The notes: generated by a model not told the origin, from the letters alone. A DNA stretch of 64,000 nt from an uncultured Bacilli bacterium (GCA_934096805.1 CAKOMW010000001.1:371712-435711), one strand, 5' to 3'. Positions 39,192 through 48,677 are shown, counted from the stretch's first letter. Program-made: numbers and translations.

Positions 39192-41123
39192 ATGAAGAAA
39201 AGTATTTATTATTTATTTATATTTGGATTTTTATTTTTTGTATTTAGTTTTAGTGTTAATGCTTTAGAAGCTAGTATGAGTGTAAAATGTAATACTTTGA
39301 AGCTTAATGGTAGCTCTACTTGTAAAGTTTATGCAAATATAAGTGGAGGAGGTCTTGAAGGTGTTAGTGTTTCTTCGTTAGAGATTGTTTCTGGTGATGA
39401 TGTTGTTGCTATTGCGGAAACTTTTAAGGCTAATGATAATAGATTTTCTGCGGGAAAGAATGTGTATTTAGGTACTTTTAAGATAAAGTCTTTGGGAAAG
39501 AATGGTACAGGTAAAGTTAATTTAAAGCTTGTTGCTAGGAGTGATCCAGGGCAAGCTACTGTTACTCTTAGTCCTAAGACGGGAGTTGTGGCAACGTTTA
39601 ATGTTTTGTCTTCGGTTGCAACACTTTCTAGTATAAGTGTTAATGATGCTCCGATTAATGGTTTTGATAGCAATGTTTATTCTTATAAACTTAGTGGAAT
39701 TACTACTAGTAGTGTAAAGGTGTCTGCGCTTGGTAGTCTTTCTAGTGTAAAGGTAAGTGGTGCTGGTACTCATAAGTTGAAATGTGGTAATAATACTGTT
39801 GTTTTAAATACTGTTTCACAGGATAAGAGTAAAAAGTTAAAATATACACTTACTATTAATAGAACTTGTGATGATAATACAACTTTAAAGAATATAGTTT
39901 TATCTAGTGGTACTTTGGCTCCTGCTTTTAGTGCTAGTACAACTGATTATAAAGTTAATGTTGATTCTAAGACTGAAAATATTACAATTAATGTTGATAA
40001 AGGTAGTGAAGGGCAAAAAATAAGTGGTCTTGTTAATAATAAAAAGCTTGCTTTTGGTGATAATACTTTTAAGATAAAGGTTACTAGTGAAAAGGGTTCT
40101 AGTAGGACTTATAAGATTATAGTTAATCGTGCTGATGATAGGTCTAATAATGCGCTTTTGTCCACTCTTACTTTAGATAGTGGTAAGCTTAATTTTGATA
40201 AGAATGTATTTAATTATGAAGTTAAGGTTTTAAATACTGTAGAAAAAATTAATGTTGTTGCTAATGCAGAGGATGCAAAGGCTAAGGTTGATGTTACTAA
40301 TCCTGATACTTTGAAAGAGGGAGAAAATAACATAGTAGTTAAGGTAACTGCTGAGAATGGTTCAACACAAGAGTATACGATAAAGGTTAATAGACTTAAA
40401 GCTGGAGAAGTTATGGGGGATAATCCTAATATAAAGTTACTTACTATTACAGGTTATACTATTAATTTTAATCCTCTTACGACTAGTTATAATTTAAAGA
40501 TTGATAATAAGACTGATAGTTTAGGAATTAATGTTATAATGGAAGAAGATGGTGCAACTTATTTAATTAGTGGAAATGAAAACTTAAAAGATGGTTCGGT
40601 TATTGTTATTGATACTACTTCTTTAGATGGAACTAAGAATACTTATAAGATTATTATTGAAAAGAGTAATACTGATTTTTATATTCTTATTGGGGCTGGA
40701 GTGCTTCTTGTTGGAAGTCTTAGTGCTATTATAGCGATAATGGTTAAAAAGAGAAAAGGTAAGAATAATGGTATTATGGATTCTATAGGTAGTAGTGCTG
40801 GTAGTGTGGATGCATCAAAGAGTGATGTTGTGGAAGAGGTTAATCCAATTCAAGAAGAACCTGTAGAAGGTGGTGACTTTGGTAAGAGTAAGGGTTGGTT
40901 TAGAAAGCATAAGAGTGTACCTAAGAATGAAGTCATGTCTTTTGAAGAATTAAAGAAATATGATCCTACTAATAAAGGGAATGGTATTGTAGGTAGATCT
41001 GCTCCATCAGAAGAGTATGAAAGGGTAGAAATTACTGAGGATCAAACTAAACAATGTCCTAAGTGTGGACATAGAATTAATTTTTCTGCTAAAGTGTGTC
41101 CTTATTGTGATAAAGAGTTTTAA
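39192..41123 (+). CDS. Surface protein with multiple cadherin-like beta-sandwich repeats, a TM anchor and a C-terminal zinc-ribbon tail
   Basis: Signal peptide, then repeats of L(S/T)L..G.L.P.F.....Y.V (Cadherin-like pfam12733 pattern). TM helix YILIGAGVLLVGSLSAIIAIMV, then a C-terminal CPKCGH...CPYCDKEF. Confidence 0.6.
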   Translation: MKKSIYYLFIFGFLFFVFSFSVNALEASMSVKCNTLKLNGSSTCKVYANISGGGLEGVSVSSLEIVSGDDVVAIAETFKANDNRFSAGKNVYLGTFKIKSLGKNGTGKVNLKLVARSDPGQATVTLSPKTGVVATFNVLSSVATLSSISVNDAPINGFDSNVYSYKLSGITTSSVKVSALGSLSSVKVSGAGTHKLKCGNNTVVLNTVSQDKSKKLKYTLTINRTCDDNTTLKNIVLSSGTLAPAFSASTTDYKVNVDSKTENITINVDKGSEGQKISGLVNNKKLAFGDNTFKIKVTSEKGSSRTYKIIVNRADDRSNNALLSTLTLDSGKLNFDKNVFNYEVKVLNTVEKINVVANAEDAKAKVDVTNPDTLKEGENNIVVKVTAENGSTQEYTIKVNRLKAGEVMGDNPNIKLLTITGYTINFNPLTTSYNLKIDNKTDSLGINVIMEEDGATYLISGNENLKDGSVIVIDTTSLDGTKNTYKIIIEKSNTDFYILIGAGVLLVGSLSAIIAIMVKKRKGKNNGIMDSIGSSAGSVDASKSDVVEEVNPIQEEPVEGGDFGKSKGWFRKHKSVPKNEVMSFEELKKYDPTNKGNGIVGRSAPSEEYERVEITEDQTKQCPKCGHRINFSAKVCPYCDKEF

Positions 41124-41188
41124 AAGTACTTGAAAAAGTGCTTTTTTTTTATTATAATTATTTTAGAATAGACTATGGAGGTTAGATT

Positions 41189-42748
41189 ATGCCAGTTAGA
41201 GAAAAGTTTGATAGTTTTAAAAAGGATAATCCTTTGTTTAGAGATGTAAAAGAGTATAATAAGTATTTATTAATGTTGATTAGTGTTTCTATATTAGTAC
41301 TTACTGGGGTTATTTCTTATTTTGTAAGTGGTTCTTATGCTAGATGGAATATGGTTGTGGAGTCTAGTAACATATTGAAGTTAGGGGTTAAAAGTCTTAA
41401 TTTGGATGAAAGTGGTGCTAACAAGCCTGAACTTACAAGTAATATGATACCGGTTTATTATGATAATACAAGTAGTAGTTGGAAGAAAGCTGATGAAAAT
41501 AATAGGGATGAAGCTTATAAGTGGTATGATTATGATAGTAAAATGTGGGCAAATGCTGTAACTGTTACAGAAGCTAATAGAGATACTTATTTGAAAGCAA
41601 GCGCAGGTACAGAAATACCAATGGATGATATAAATACAATGTGGGTATGGATACCAAGATATACATATACATATCTGAAAACTAATACACCAGAAGAAAT
41701 AAAGATAAAGTTTGAGAAGGGAATAGAAAGCACAGGTACAATAAAGTGTACTGATAATGTATCAGGAAGTGGAACAACATCACAAACATGTACAGATACA
41801 ACAAATGGAGGTTTAAAAGCAGGAACAAGTACATATACCCATCCAGCTTTCACATTTGGAGATACAGAACTAACAGGATTATGGGTAGGTAAGTTTGAGA
41901 GTAGTGCAACAACAATACCAACAAGTGCTTCAACAACAGAATCTACAGTAATAATAAAACCAAATGTCCAATCATTAAGATATAAAACAGTATCATATCA
42001 ATTTAGAGATGCAAGACAAATGGAGAAAGCAAATAATGTATATGGCTTTTCACAAAGTAATAACACAACATTTAATTGGAATGGTAATTTAACTGGAGAT
42101 ATCAATAATATAGATATACATATGATGAAGAATACAGAATGGGGAGCAGTAACATATTTATATCATTCAAAATATGGAAGATGTACTTCTGGTACTTGTG
42201 TAGAATTAACAATAAATAACTGTAGTACATATACAACAGGAATAGGAGCAGATACAGTAAGTGCTAATGAGTCTTCGATAACATGTACGACAAATAAGAA
42301 TAAATATAATGGAGAAAGCGGAGTAAAAGCAAGTACAACAGGAAATGTATATGGTGTGTATGACATGTCTGGAGGCACATGGGAATATACAATGGGCAAT
42401 ATGGTAAATTCATCTAATCAATTTTATACATCAAGTGCAAGTAATTGGAGTACAACAACATATCCATTATCAAAGTACTATGATAGTTATACATATAATA
42501 CTGATGAAGCAACATATTCAAAAGGAAGGTTAGGAGATGCAACAATAGAAATGAGTCCTTCATCTAGTTCTACTACTTCATGGTATTCAGATTATGCCTT
42601 CTTCCCATACTCGAACATGACTTGGTTCCTACGTGGGGGTGGCTACAGTAATGGTACGGGTGTGGGTGCTTTCTCCTTTGGATTTGGCAATGGTTCTGCG
42701 CTCAACTTCCGCTCGTTTCGGGTTTCTCTTGGCGTTCAGGCCTCTTAA
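41189..42748 (+). CDS. Secreted protein, paralog B: SipW/TasA-type signal-anchor plus C-terminal FGE-sulfatase-like C-type-lectin-fold domain (candidate DGR variable protein)
   Basis: N-terminal ...GSYARWNMVVESSNILKLG after a hydrophobic anchor. The C-terminal GNVYGVYDMSGGTWEYT ... RGGGYSNG ... NFRSFRVS matches the FGE-sulfatase signature motifs (G.YDM.GN.WEW, RGGS., GFR). The last ~45 codons are GC-rich NNC/NNT. A GGAGGT RBS precedes the start. Confidence 0.65.
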   Translation: MPVREKFDSFKKDNPLFRDVKEYNKYLLMLISVSILVLTGVISYFVSGSYARWNMVVESSNILKLGVKSLNLDESGANKPELTSNMIPVYYDNTSSSWKKADENNRDEAYKWYDYDSKMWANAVTVTEANRDTYLKASAGTEIPMDDINTMWVWIPRYTYTYLKTNTPEEIKIKFEKGIESTGTIKCTDNVSGSGTTSQTCTDTTNGGLKAGTSTYTHPAFTFGDTELTGLWVGKFESSATTIPTSASTTESTVIIKPNVQSLRYKTVSYQFRDARQMEKANNVYGFSQSNNTTFNWNGNLTGDINNIDIHMMKNTEWGAVTYLYHSKYGRCTSGTCVELTINNCSTYTTGIGADTVSANESSITCTTNKNKYNGESGVKASTTGNVYGVYDMSGGTWEYTMGNMVNSSNQFYTSSASNWSTTTYPLSKYYDSYTYNTDEATYSKGRLGDATIEMSPSSSSTTSWYSDYAFFPYSNMTWFLRGGGYSNGTGVGAFSFGFGNGSALNFRSFRVSLGVQAS

Positions 42749-42844
42749 GCCTATTTAATATAAAGTTTAATATAATAAGATATAATATTTAAAAAGGGTT
42801 CTAATGACTCTTTTTTTTCATATAATTTTTTAGGAGGAATAGTT

Positions 42845-43342
42845 ATGATTAATAAGCAGGGTTTATGGTTTTTAACTTTATTTAGTTTAGTATTGGTGCT
42901 TAGTGTTTATTATATTACAATGCCTAATGAGGTGTTTACTAATAGTGGTACTTTGTCTAATACTAAGAAGACTACTGAGGTTAATAAGGAAGTAAAGGAA
43001 TCTAATTATATTGCTACTTTGAAGATTGAGCTTGATGATAAGAGGAATGAATCTTTGAAGGAGTATGAGTCTATTTTGTCTAATAGTTCTTCTAGTACTG
43101 ATGATAAGAATAAGGCTTATGAGGGAATTAAGGATATTAATTCTACTAAGGCTCTTGAGGAGGGGATTGTTTCTCTTATTAAGAGTGAATTAGGACTTAA
43201 TAGTTTTGTAGAGGTTAAGTCTACTTCGGTATCGGTTGTTGTTGATAAGAAGGATCATGATGTTAAACTTGCTAATAAGATTATGAATTTGGTTCAGGGG
43301 GAGTTTAATGATTATGTAAGTGTTTCTGTTAAATTTTCTTGA
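42845..43342 (+). CDS. Membrane-anchored sporulation-associated protein (SpoIIIAH/YhcN-like fold candidate)
   Basis: N-terminal TM, acidic linker, and a C-terminal domain (...VEVKSTSVSVVVDKKDHDVKLANKIMNLVQGEF...) that resembles YscJ/SpoIIIAH-type domains. Confidence 0.3.
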   Translation: MINKQGLWFLTLFSLVLVLSVYYITMPNEVFTNSGTLSNTKKTTEVNKEVKESNYIATLKIELDDKRNESLKEYESILSNSSSSTDDKNKAYEGIKDINSTKALEEGIVSLIKSELGLNSFVEVKSTSVSVVVDKKDHDVKLANKIMNLVQGEFNDYVSVSVKFS

Positions 43343-43379
43343 TTTTTTCACGTTTTCTTTGTTTGTATCATAAAATATT

Positions 43380-43631
43380 ATGGATAATATAAAACCACCC
43401 AATCTGAAAGTGAGGGAATGCTTTTTGAAAAAATCTATACTTACAAAGAGAGAAAAAGAAGTGTTTGAGTTATTGATTTTGAATAAGACTACTAAGGAAA
43501 TTGCTAGTAAGCTTAATATTAGTGAAAAGACTGTAAGAAATCATATTTCCAATGCTATGCAGAAACTTGGGGTTAAAGGACGAGCTGCTGCAGTTGTAGA
43601 ACTTTTGAAATTAAAGGAATTATCACTATAA
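43380..43631 (+). CDS. gerE: GerE-like LuxR-family HTH transcription regulator
   Basis: LTKREKEVFELLILNKTTKEIASKLNISEKTVRNHISNAMQKLGVKGRAAAVVELLKLKEL is nearly co-linear with Bacillus GerE. The true start may be an internal GTG/TTG near 43410-43425. Confidence 0.75.
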   Translation: MDNIKPPNLKVRECFLKKSILTKREKEVFELLILNKTTKEIASKLNISEKTVRNHISNAMQKLGVKGRAAAVVELLKLKELSL

Positions 43632-43667
43632 CATGTGCTAAAGGCACATGTTTTTTCATATTATTAA

Positions 43668-44603
43668 TTGGTGAAGTTTATGTTTTGGAAGAAGTCTATT
43701 AATAAGATATTTTTTACTACTTTGATTGTTTTTATTTGTTTTATTATGTATAGTTTTAATTTGACTGATTATGATAGTTCTAGTAGTGGTGGGATTTCTT
43801 CTAATGTTAATTTGTATACTGTTAATAATGATTCTTATGTTTCTATGACTAGTGTTTTTCTTGATAGTGATAGTTTGGAGGATAAGGTTCGTGATGTTCT
43901 TGATATAATGGTTGTTGATAGTAATAAGAGTGCACTTTTACCTAGTTATTTTAATCCTATTCTTCCTAAGAATACTAAGGTTTTGGATGTTGTTTTTGAT
44001 GGAGATGTTTTGAAGATTTATTTTTCTTCAGAGCTTATGGATATAACTAGTGAACAGTCGGAGAAAATGATTGAGTCTATTACTTATACTTTGCTTGGTT
44101 TTGATGAGGTTGTTGGGGTAGAGATTTATGTTTCTGGTTCTTTGCTTAAGTATGTTCCTAATACTAATAAAAAGTTGCCAGCGGTTCTTACTTCTTCTTA
44201 TGGGGTTAATAAAAGTTATGATCTTAGTAGTAATATGGATATTAAAAGGATTTTGCTTTATTATTATACGATGAATAATGATTCTTATTATTTGATTCCT
44301 GTTACTAAGTATGTTAATGATAAGAGGGAGAAGGTTGAGATTATTATTGAGGAGTTGTCTGGTTTTATTTATCATGATAATTTGGTTTCGATGCTTAGTA
44401 ATAATATTAGGCTTGTTGATTATAAGGTTTCTTCGGATAGGATTTCTTTGGTTTTTGATGAGGGATTTACTTCTTTTTCTGATATAATGGTTAAGCCTTT
44501 GTTTTGTTCAATTTTTGCTAATTATGATGTTGATTTTGTTGATATTAGTGTTAATGAGGATAAAATTTTAGAAAAAAGTAAAAAAGATATTGAAAATTAT
44601 TAA
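43668..44603 (+). CDS. gerM: GerMN-domain germination/sporulation protein GerM-like
   Basis: Signal anchor plus two GerMN-like repeats. Adjacent to gerE. Confidence 0.55.
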   Translation: MVKFMFWKKSINKIFFTTLIVFICFIMYSFNLTDYDSSSSGGISSNVNLYTVNNDSYVSMTSVFLDSDSLEDKVRDVLDIMVVDSNKSALLPSYFNPILPKNTKVLDVVFDGDVLKIYFSSELMDITSEQSEKMIESITYTLLGFDEVVGVEIYVSGSLLKYVPNTNKKLPAVLTSSYGVNKSYDLSSNMDIKRILLYYYTMNNDSYYLIPVTKYVNDKREKVEIIIEELSGFIYHDNLVSMLSNNIRLVDYKVSSDRISLVFDEGFTSFSDIMVKPLFCSIFANYDVDFVDISVNEDKILEKSKKDIENY

Positions 44604-44635
44604 ATTTTGTTGTATAATTAAATGGCATTTGAGGA

Positions 44636-44712
44636 TGTCCTGGTAGCTCAGCTGGATAGAGCATCGGCCTTCTAAGCCGGCGGTCAGGGGTTCGAATCCC
44701 TTCCAGGACGCC
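44636..44712 (+). tRNA. tRNA-Arg (anticodon TCT)
   Basis: Manually folded cloverleaf. Acceptor gtcctgg/ccaggac, D-arm gctc...gagc, anticodon loop cttCTaa, T-arm agggg-ttcgaat-ccctt, encoded CCA. Confidence 0.85.
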
Positions 44713-44716
44713 ATTT

Positions 44717-44793
44717 CCGGAGAGTGGCTCAACTTGGTAGAGCACTTGGTTTGGGACCAAGGGGTTGCAGGTTCAAATCCTGTCTCTCCGACC
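44717..44793 (+). tRNA. tRNA-Pro (anticodon TGG)
   Basis: Acceptor cggagag/ctctccg, anticodon stem cttgg/ccaag with loop ttTGGga, T-loop ttcaaat, encoded CCA. Confidence 0.85.
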
Positions 44794-44862
44794 ATTTTTG
44801 TTTATTAACCCGTTTGGGTTTTTTTCTTTGGTTGCAAATGTTTTTGTTTTGTGTTATAATTT

Positions 44863-45363
44863 TTGAGGTGGTTATGTGTGAAAAGTGAGTATTATAATAT
44901 AGTTAATGATATTATTAATAATAAAGATTATATGAGACTTAAGTCTGAGGTTCATCATTATAGTTATGAGAGATATTCTCATTGTATTGATGTTTCTTAT
45001 AAAGTTTATAGGGTTTGTAAAAGGCTTCATTTAGATTATGTTAGTGCGACTCGTGCTGCGGTTGTTCATGATTATTTTTTTAATGAAGAGTTTTCTGATA
45101 AGAGTAAGTTTTATAGAATAACTCATCATTATGAAAAGGCTCTTGCCAATGCTTGTGAAATTACTTCTTTATCTTCGAAGGAAAAAAATATTATTAGTTC
45201 TCATATGTTTCCTATCGGTGGTGTTCTTCCTAGATGCTTAGAGAGTGTTATTGTTGATTTGATTGATGATGTTGTGGCGCTTAAAGAGGTTGTTTCTTGT
45301 AGATATCATTTAATTAAGAATGTTGCTTATTGTTTAGTTGTTTGTGTTCTTTTTTGGAAATAG
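44863..45363 (+). CDS. HD-domain phosphohydrolase family protein
   Basis: H...HD pattern (HCIDVSYK ... VVHDYFF). The probable start is GTG 44878 behind a GAGGTGG RBS. Confidence 0.5.
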   Translation: MRWLCVKSEYYNIVNDIINNKDYMRLKSEVHHYSYERYSHCIDVSYKVYRVCKRLHLDYVSATRAAVVHDYFFNEEFSDKSKFYRITHHYEKALANACEITSLSSKEKNIISSHMFPIGGVLPRCLESVIVDLIDDVVALKEVVSCRYHLIKNVAYCLVVCVLFWK

Positions 45364-45372
45364 TTTCTTTTT

Positions 45373-45449
45373 GTCCTCGTAGCTCAGCAGGATAGAGCAA
45401 TTGCCTCCTAAGCAATAGGTCGGAAGTTCGAATCTTCTCGAGGACGCCA
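45373..45449 (+). tRNA. tRNA-Arg (anticodon CCT)
   Basis: Acceptor gtcctcg/cgaggac, anticodon stem attgc/gcaat with loop ctCCTaa, T-loop ttcgaat, encoded CCA. Confidence 0.85.
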
Positions 45450-45490
45450 TATAAAAAAATAAGAGAAAAGCATTTATTTGTTTTTCTCTT

Positions 45491-46189
45491 TTAATTTTTT
45501 CTTCCTAGATATTCTATTGATATTGTTACTAAAGGATTTGTAAAGTATGAAGAGGATGCTATATTATTTAAATCTGGTGTATTTAAATATATTGATTTTT
45601 TACCTAGGTTTTCGAAATAATATGTATTTTGTGTATTTTCTACTGATAATATTCCTTGTGCTATTGTTTGATGGGATATGTTATCTTTTGACCAAGTGCT
45701 TGCACCAATATAAATATTGTCAGTGTTGGCTAATTTTAGTCCTATTGATATGATATCTTCGTCTTTGTTGAAATTTTGTTCTTTTTTAGTGTAGGCTTGA
45801 ATGATGAATGTTATTTTGTAGTATCCTATTTTGTTAAAATTTATGGTTTGCTTATTGTTTAAGGTTATTATGTTTTGATAGTTTATTTCTTCTCTGTCGA
45901 TAGGGATTTTTTCGTTTGGTTTTATTTCTATTTCTTGTCCAGAGTTGAATTTTACGAGGTTAGCTGATTTTATTGTTTCTTGTCCTCCTTTTGGGATTAT
46001 AAAGTCTAGAATGTGATTGTTTCCTTGTGGTGTATCGATTACTTTTGCATCTTCGTATGGGTCGGCGGTTATGGTGTTTCTAATTGTTATTTTATCGGCG
46101 TCTCCTTTAGGACCTTTTGGTCCTTGAGGACCTAGAATGCCAATGTAGGCTGGTAAGTTTTTCTTTTTGGTTGGATTACATTTTTTCAT
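45491..46189 (-). CDS. Short collagen-like repeat protein with a BclA/C1q-like C-terminal domain
   Basis: GILGPQGPKGPKGD GXY run after a basic N-terminus, then a ~190 aa beta-rich domain. Confidence 0.45.
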   Translation of the reverse strand: MKKCNPTKKKNLPAYIGILGPQGPKGPKGDADKITIRNTITADPYEDAKVIDTPQGNNHILDFIIPKGGQETIKSANLVKFNSGQEIEIKPNEKIPIDREEINYQNIITLNNKQTINFNKIGYYKITFIIQAYTKKEQNFNKDEDIISIGLKLANTDNIYIGASTWSKDNISHQTIAQGILSVENTQNTYYFENLGKKSIYLNTPDLNNIASSSYFTNPLVTISIEYLGRKN

Positions 46190-46430
46190 ATTTTTCTCCT
46201 TTCATTATATTTTATTTTAATTTTTTTTATTTGTGGCAACGAATATCTTATTAATGGTTGATTTTTTAATAAAGAGTCTTGTTTTTTAGGGAAATGTTTG
46301 GTTGTAATGGTGTTTTTTGATGAAATGTTTTTGTTTAGAGGTCTTACTTTTTTTGAAAAAATTTTTATTTTTTTAGAAAAATATTTCTTTTTTTTATTTA
46401 ATGTTATATAATGTACTTAGAGGTGATAGT

Positions 46431-47108
46431 ATGAAAAGTTTTTCAAATATTTTATGGGGTATAGTGTTGGTATTGCTTGGTCTTGTTTTTGGACTTAATG
46501 CGATTGGAGTTACTGATATTAATTTGTTTTTTGATGGTTGGTGGACTCTTATTATAATTATTCCTTGTTTTATTAATTTGTTTCATGATGATGAAAAGAT
46601 TGGTAGTTTAATTGGGGTGTGTATTGGTGTTTTCTTGCTTTTGGGGTGTCAAGGGATTATTGATTTTTCTTTGATATGGAAACTTATTGTACCTATTGTT
46701 CTTGTTGTTATAGGGCTTTCTATGTTGTTTAAAAATAGTGTTAAGGATAAGATTAAGAAAGAGATTGGTTCAATTAATAAGAAGAGTAATAATAAAGAAT
46801 ATAGTGCTTGTTTTTCTGGTACTGATTTAGATTTTTCTAATGAGGAGTTTCGTGGATGTGATTTGAATGCTTCTTTTGGTGGTATTAAGTGTGATTTAAG
46901 GAAGAGTAAGATTAAAAAAGATGCTGTTATTAATGCATTTAGTGTTTTTGGTGGTATTACTATTTTTGTTCCTGATGATGTTAATGTAAAGATTGTTTCT
47001 AGTTCAATATTTGGTGGAGTTTCTGGCAAAGGTAGGGATGTTTCTTCTGATGCCAAGACTGTTTATATTAATGCTAGTTGTTTGTTTGGGGGTGTTGAGA
47101 TTAAATGA
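46431..47108 (+). CDS. LiaF-like (DUF2154) membrane protein, cell-envelope stress module
   Basis: N-terminal multi-TM region and a C-terminal toastrack-like domain with repeated FGG..I motifs (FGGIKCDL, FGGITIFV, FGGVSGKG, FGGVEI). Confidence 0.55.
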   Translation: MKSFSNILWGIVLVLLGLVFGLNAIGVTDINLFFDGWWTLIIIIPCFINLFHDDEKIGSLIGVCIGVFLLLGCQGIIDFSLIWKLIVPIVLVVIGLSMLFKNSVKDKIKKEIGSINKKSNNKEYSACFSGTDLDFSNEEFRGCDLNASFGGIKCDLRKSKIKKDAVINAFSVFGGITIFVPDDVNVKIVSSSIFGGVSGKGRDVSSDAKTVYINASCLFGGVEIK

Positions 47109-47899
47109 ATGGTTTGCAAAAGTTAGTTAAGTATTTTGCTGTTGCTCTTGCTTGTTTTTTAATTGTTAGTATTATTTCTATTGCTGTTTCTTTTATGGCT
47201 TCTTTGGGAGATGTTTTTAGTAATAAGATTGAGCCTAGGACTAGTGTTAATCTTGATAATTATTCAAGTTATCTAGATGTTGATGTTTCTTCTAGTTCTT
47301 TAGAGATAAGAAGTGGGGATAGTTTTTTAGTTAGTTCCACTTCTGATGATGTTTCAGTTGTTTCTGATGATGAAAAGATTGTTATAAAGGAAAAGAAGGG
47401 GTTTAATTTTAATAAGGATAATTTGGTGATTGTTACTGTTCCTTATGATTATTCTTTTGATTTTGTTTCTATTTCTGTTGGGGTAGGTAAGGTCAAGATT
47501 GCTGAGCTTGTTACTGATAAGTTTTATTGTGATATGGGTATTGGTAGTGCTGTTATAGAGAGGTTAAACGTTAAAGATGAGGCTGTTATTGATGGAGGAA
47601 TTGGCAAGATTAGAATTAATGATGGTGTTTTGAATAATTTTAATTATGATATGGGTATTGGTGCTGTTATTATTAATTCTAAAGTGACTGGTAAGAGTGA
47701 GATTGATGGAGGAATTGGAGATATTTCTCTTAAGTTACTTGATAGTGCTTCTTCTTATACTTTTGATGTTTCTAGTGGTATTGGTTCTGTTTATCTTAAT
47801 GGTTCCGTTATAAAGGGGGATACTGTTTCTGGTAACGGAGTTAATGATATTTCGGTTTCTAGTGGTATCGGTTCGATTAAGATTGATACTTTAGAGTAA
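47105..47899 (+). CDS. DUF4097 / putative adhesin beta-helix (toastrack) protein
   Basis: Signal anchor, then repeated G(I/V)G...(I/V) beta-strand motifs (MGIGSAVI, GGIGKIRI, MGIGAVII, GGIGDISL, SGIGSVYL, SGIGSIKI). Confidence 0.55.
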   Translation: MNGLQKLVKYFAVALACFLIVSIISIAVSFMASLGDVFSNKIEPRTSVNLDNYSSYLDVDVSSSSLEIRSGDSFLVSSTSDDVSVVSDDEKIVIKEKKGFNFNKDNLVIVTVPYDYSFDFVSISVGVGKVKIAELVTDKFYCDMGIGSAVIERLNVKDEAVIDGGIGKIRINDGVLNNFNYDMGIGAVIINSKVTGKSEIDGGIGDISLKLLDSASSYTFDVSSGIGSVYLNGSVIKGDTVSGNGVNDISVSSGIGSIKIDTLE

Positions 47900-47936
47900 T
47901 AAAAAAAAGAGATTTTTCTTTGAGAAATTTTCTCTT

Positions 47937-48677
47937 TTATTTTTGTCTTTTTTTTGCTTCTTGTACGAGAGTTTTGAATATTTCGTTGTCTTTCATTAGT
48001 TCTGGGTGGAAATGGAGTCCAATGATGAAGTGGCTTTTCTTTTTGTATTCAATTATTTCCTTAACGTTATCGTTTGCAATAGCGGTTATTTTAAAATCGC
48101 TTCCGGTGTGTTTAAAGTCAAAGTTATGCATGCTTGGAACAGATAGTTTTTCTTTTTTGTATATTTGATATGCTAATGACTGTTTGTCGATGATGGTTAT
48201 TTCGTGGGTTAGGTCATCATAGTTTGTTTTTAGTTTAGTGTCGTTGTTGTGAATGTTGTTTGGTTCTAGTTCTTGGAGTAGTGTGTTATTGTATTTCTTT
48301 TTAAGGTTTATGTATATTTCTTCGTATGTTTTGGTTTTGTTTTCTTCTTTTGTTGCTTCTTCTTTAATACAACTGTAGATGTTTATTGCTTCGGCACCTA
48401 GACATATTCCTAGAAGGGGTTTATTGTTTCTTATAGCATAGTCGATTATTTTGTAGACGTATTTTTGAACTTTGTTGCCTCCTTGAATTATGAAGGCGTC
48501 GTATATTTCAAGGTTTTTATCGTTTATAGTGTTGTCGTTTAGTAAGATTCCAGTTGGTATTGCGTTTTCTTCTAGTATTTTTTCAGCGTAGATTGATGTG
48601 TATTTGAAGTATTTATCGTATGGGTCTTTTGATTCTTCGATGTAGTTTGGTACGATTCCAATAATAGTTTTTTTCAT
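47937..48677 (-). CDS. Class I glutamine amidotransferase-like / peptidase C26 (gamma-glutamyl hydrolase family)
   Basis: GICLGAEAINIY nucleophile elbow, with HFHPE toward the C-terminus. Confidence 0.65.
   Translation of the reverse strand: MKKTIIGIVPNYIEESKDPYDKYFKYTSIYAEKILEENAIPTGILLNDNTINDKNLEIYDAFIIQGGNKVQKYVYKIIDYAIRNNKPLLGICLGAEAINIYSCIKEEATKEENKTKTYEEIYINLKKKYNNTLLQELEPNNIHNNDTKLKTNYDDLTHEITIIDKQSLAYQIYKKEKLSVPSMHNFDFKHTGSDFKITAIANDNVKEIIEYKKKSHFIIGLHFHPELMKDNEIFKTLVQEAKKRQK

Noticed and set aside
44551-44795. Two minus-strand ORFs (69 and 75 aa) from the six-frame track
   Set aside because: They lie entirely over the tRNA-Arg(TCT)/tRNA-Pro(TGG) genes and are reverse translations of tRNA sequence (…GFEPLTAGLEGRCSIQLSY…). 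Spurious.
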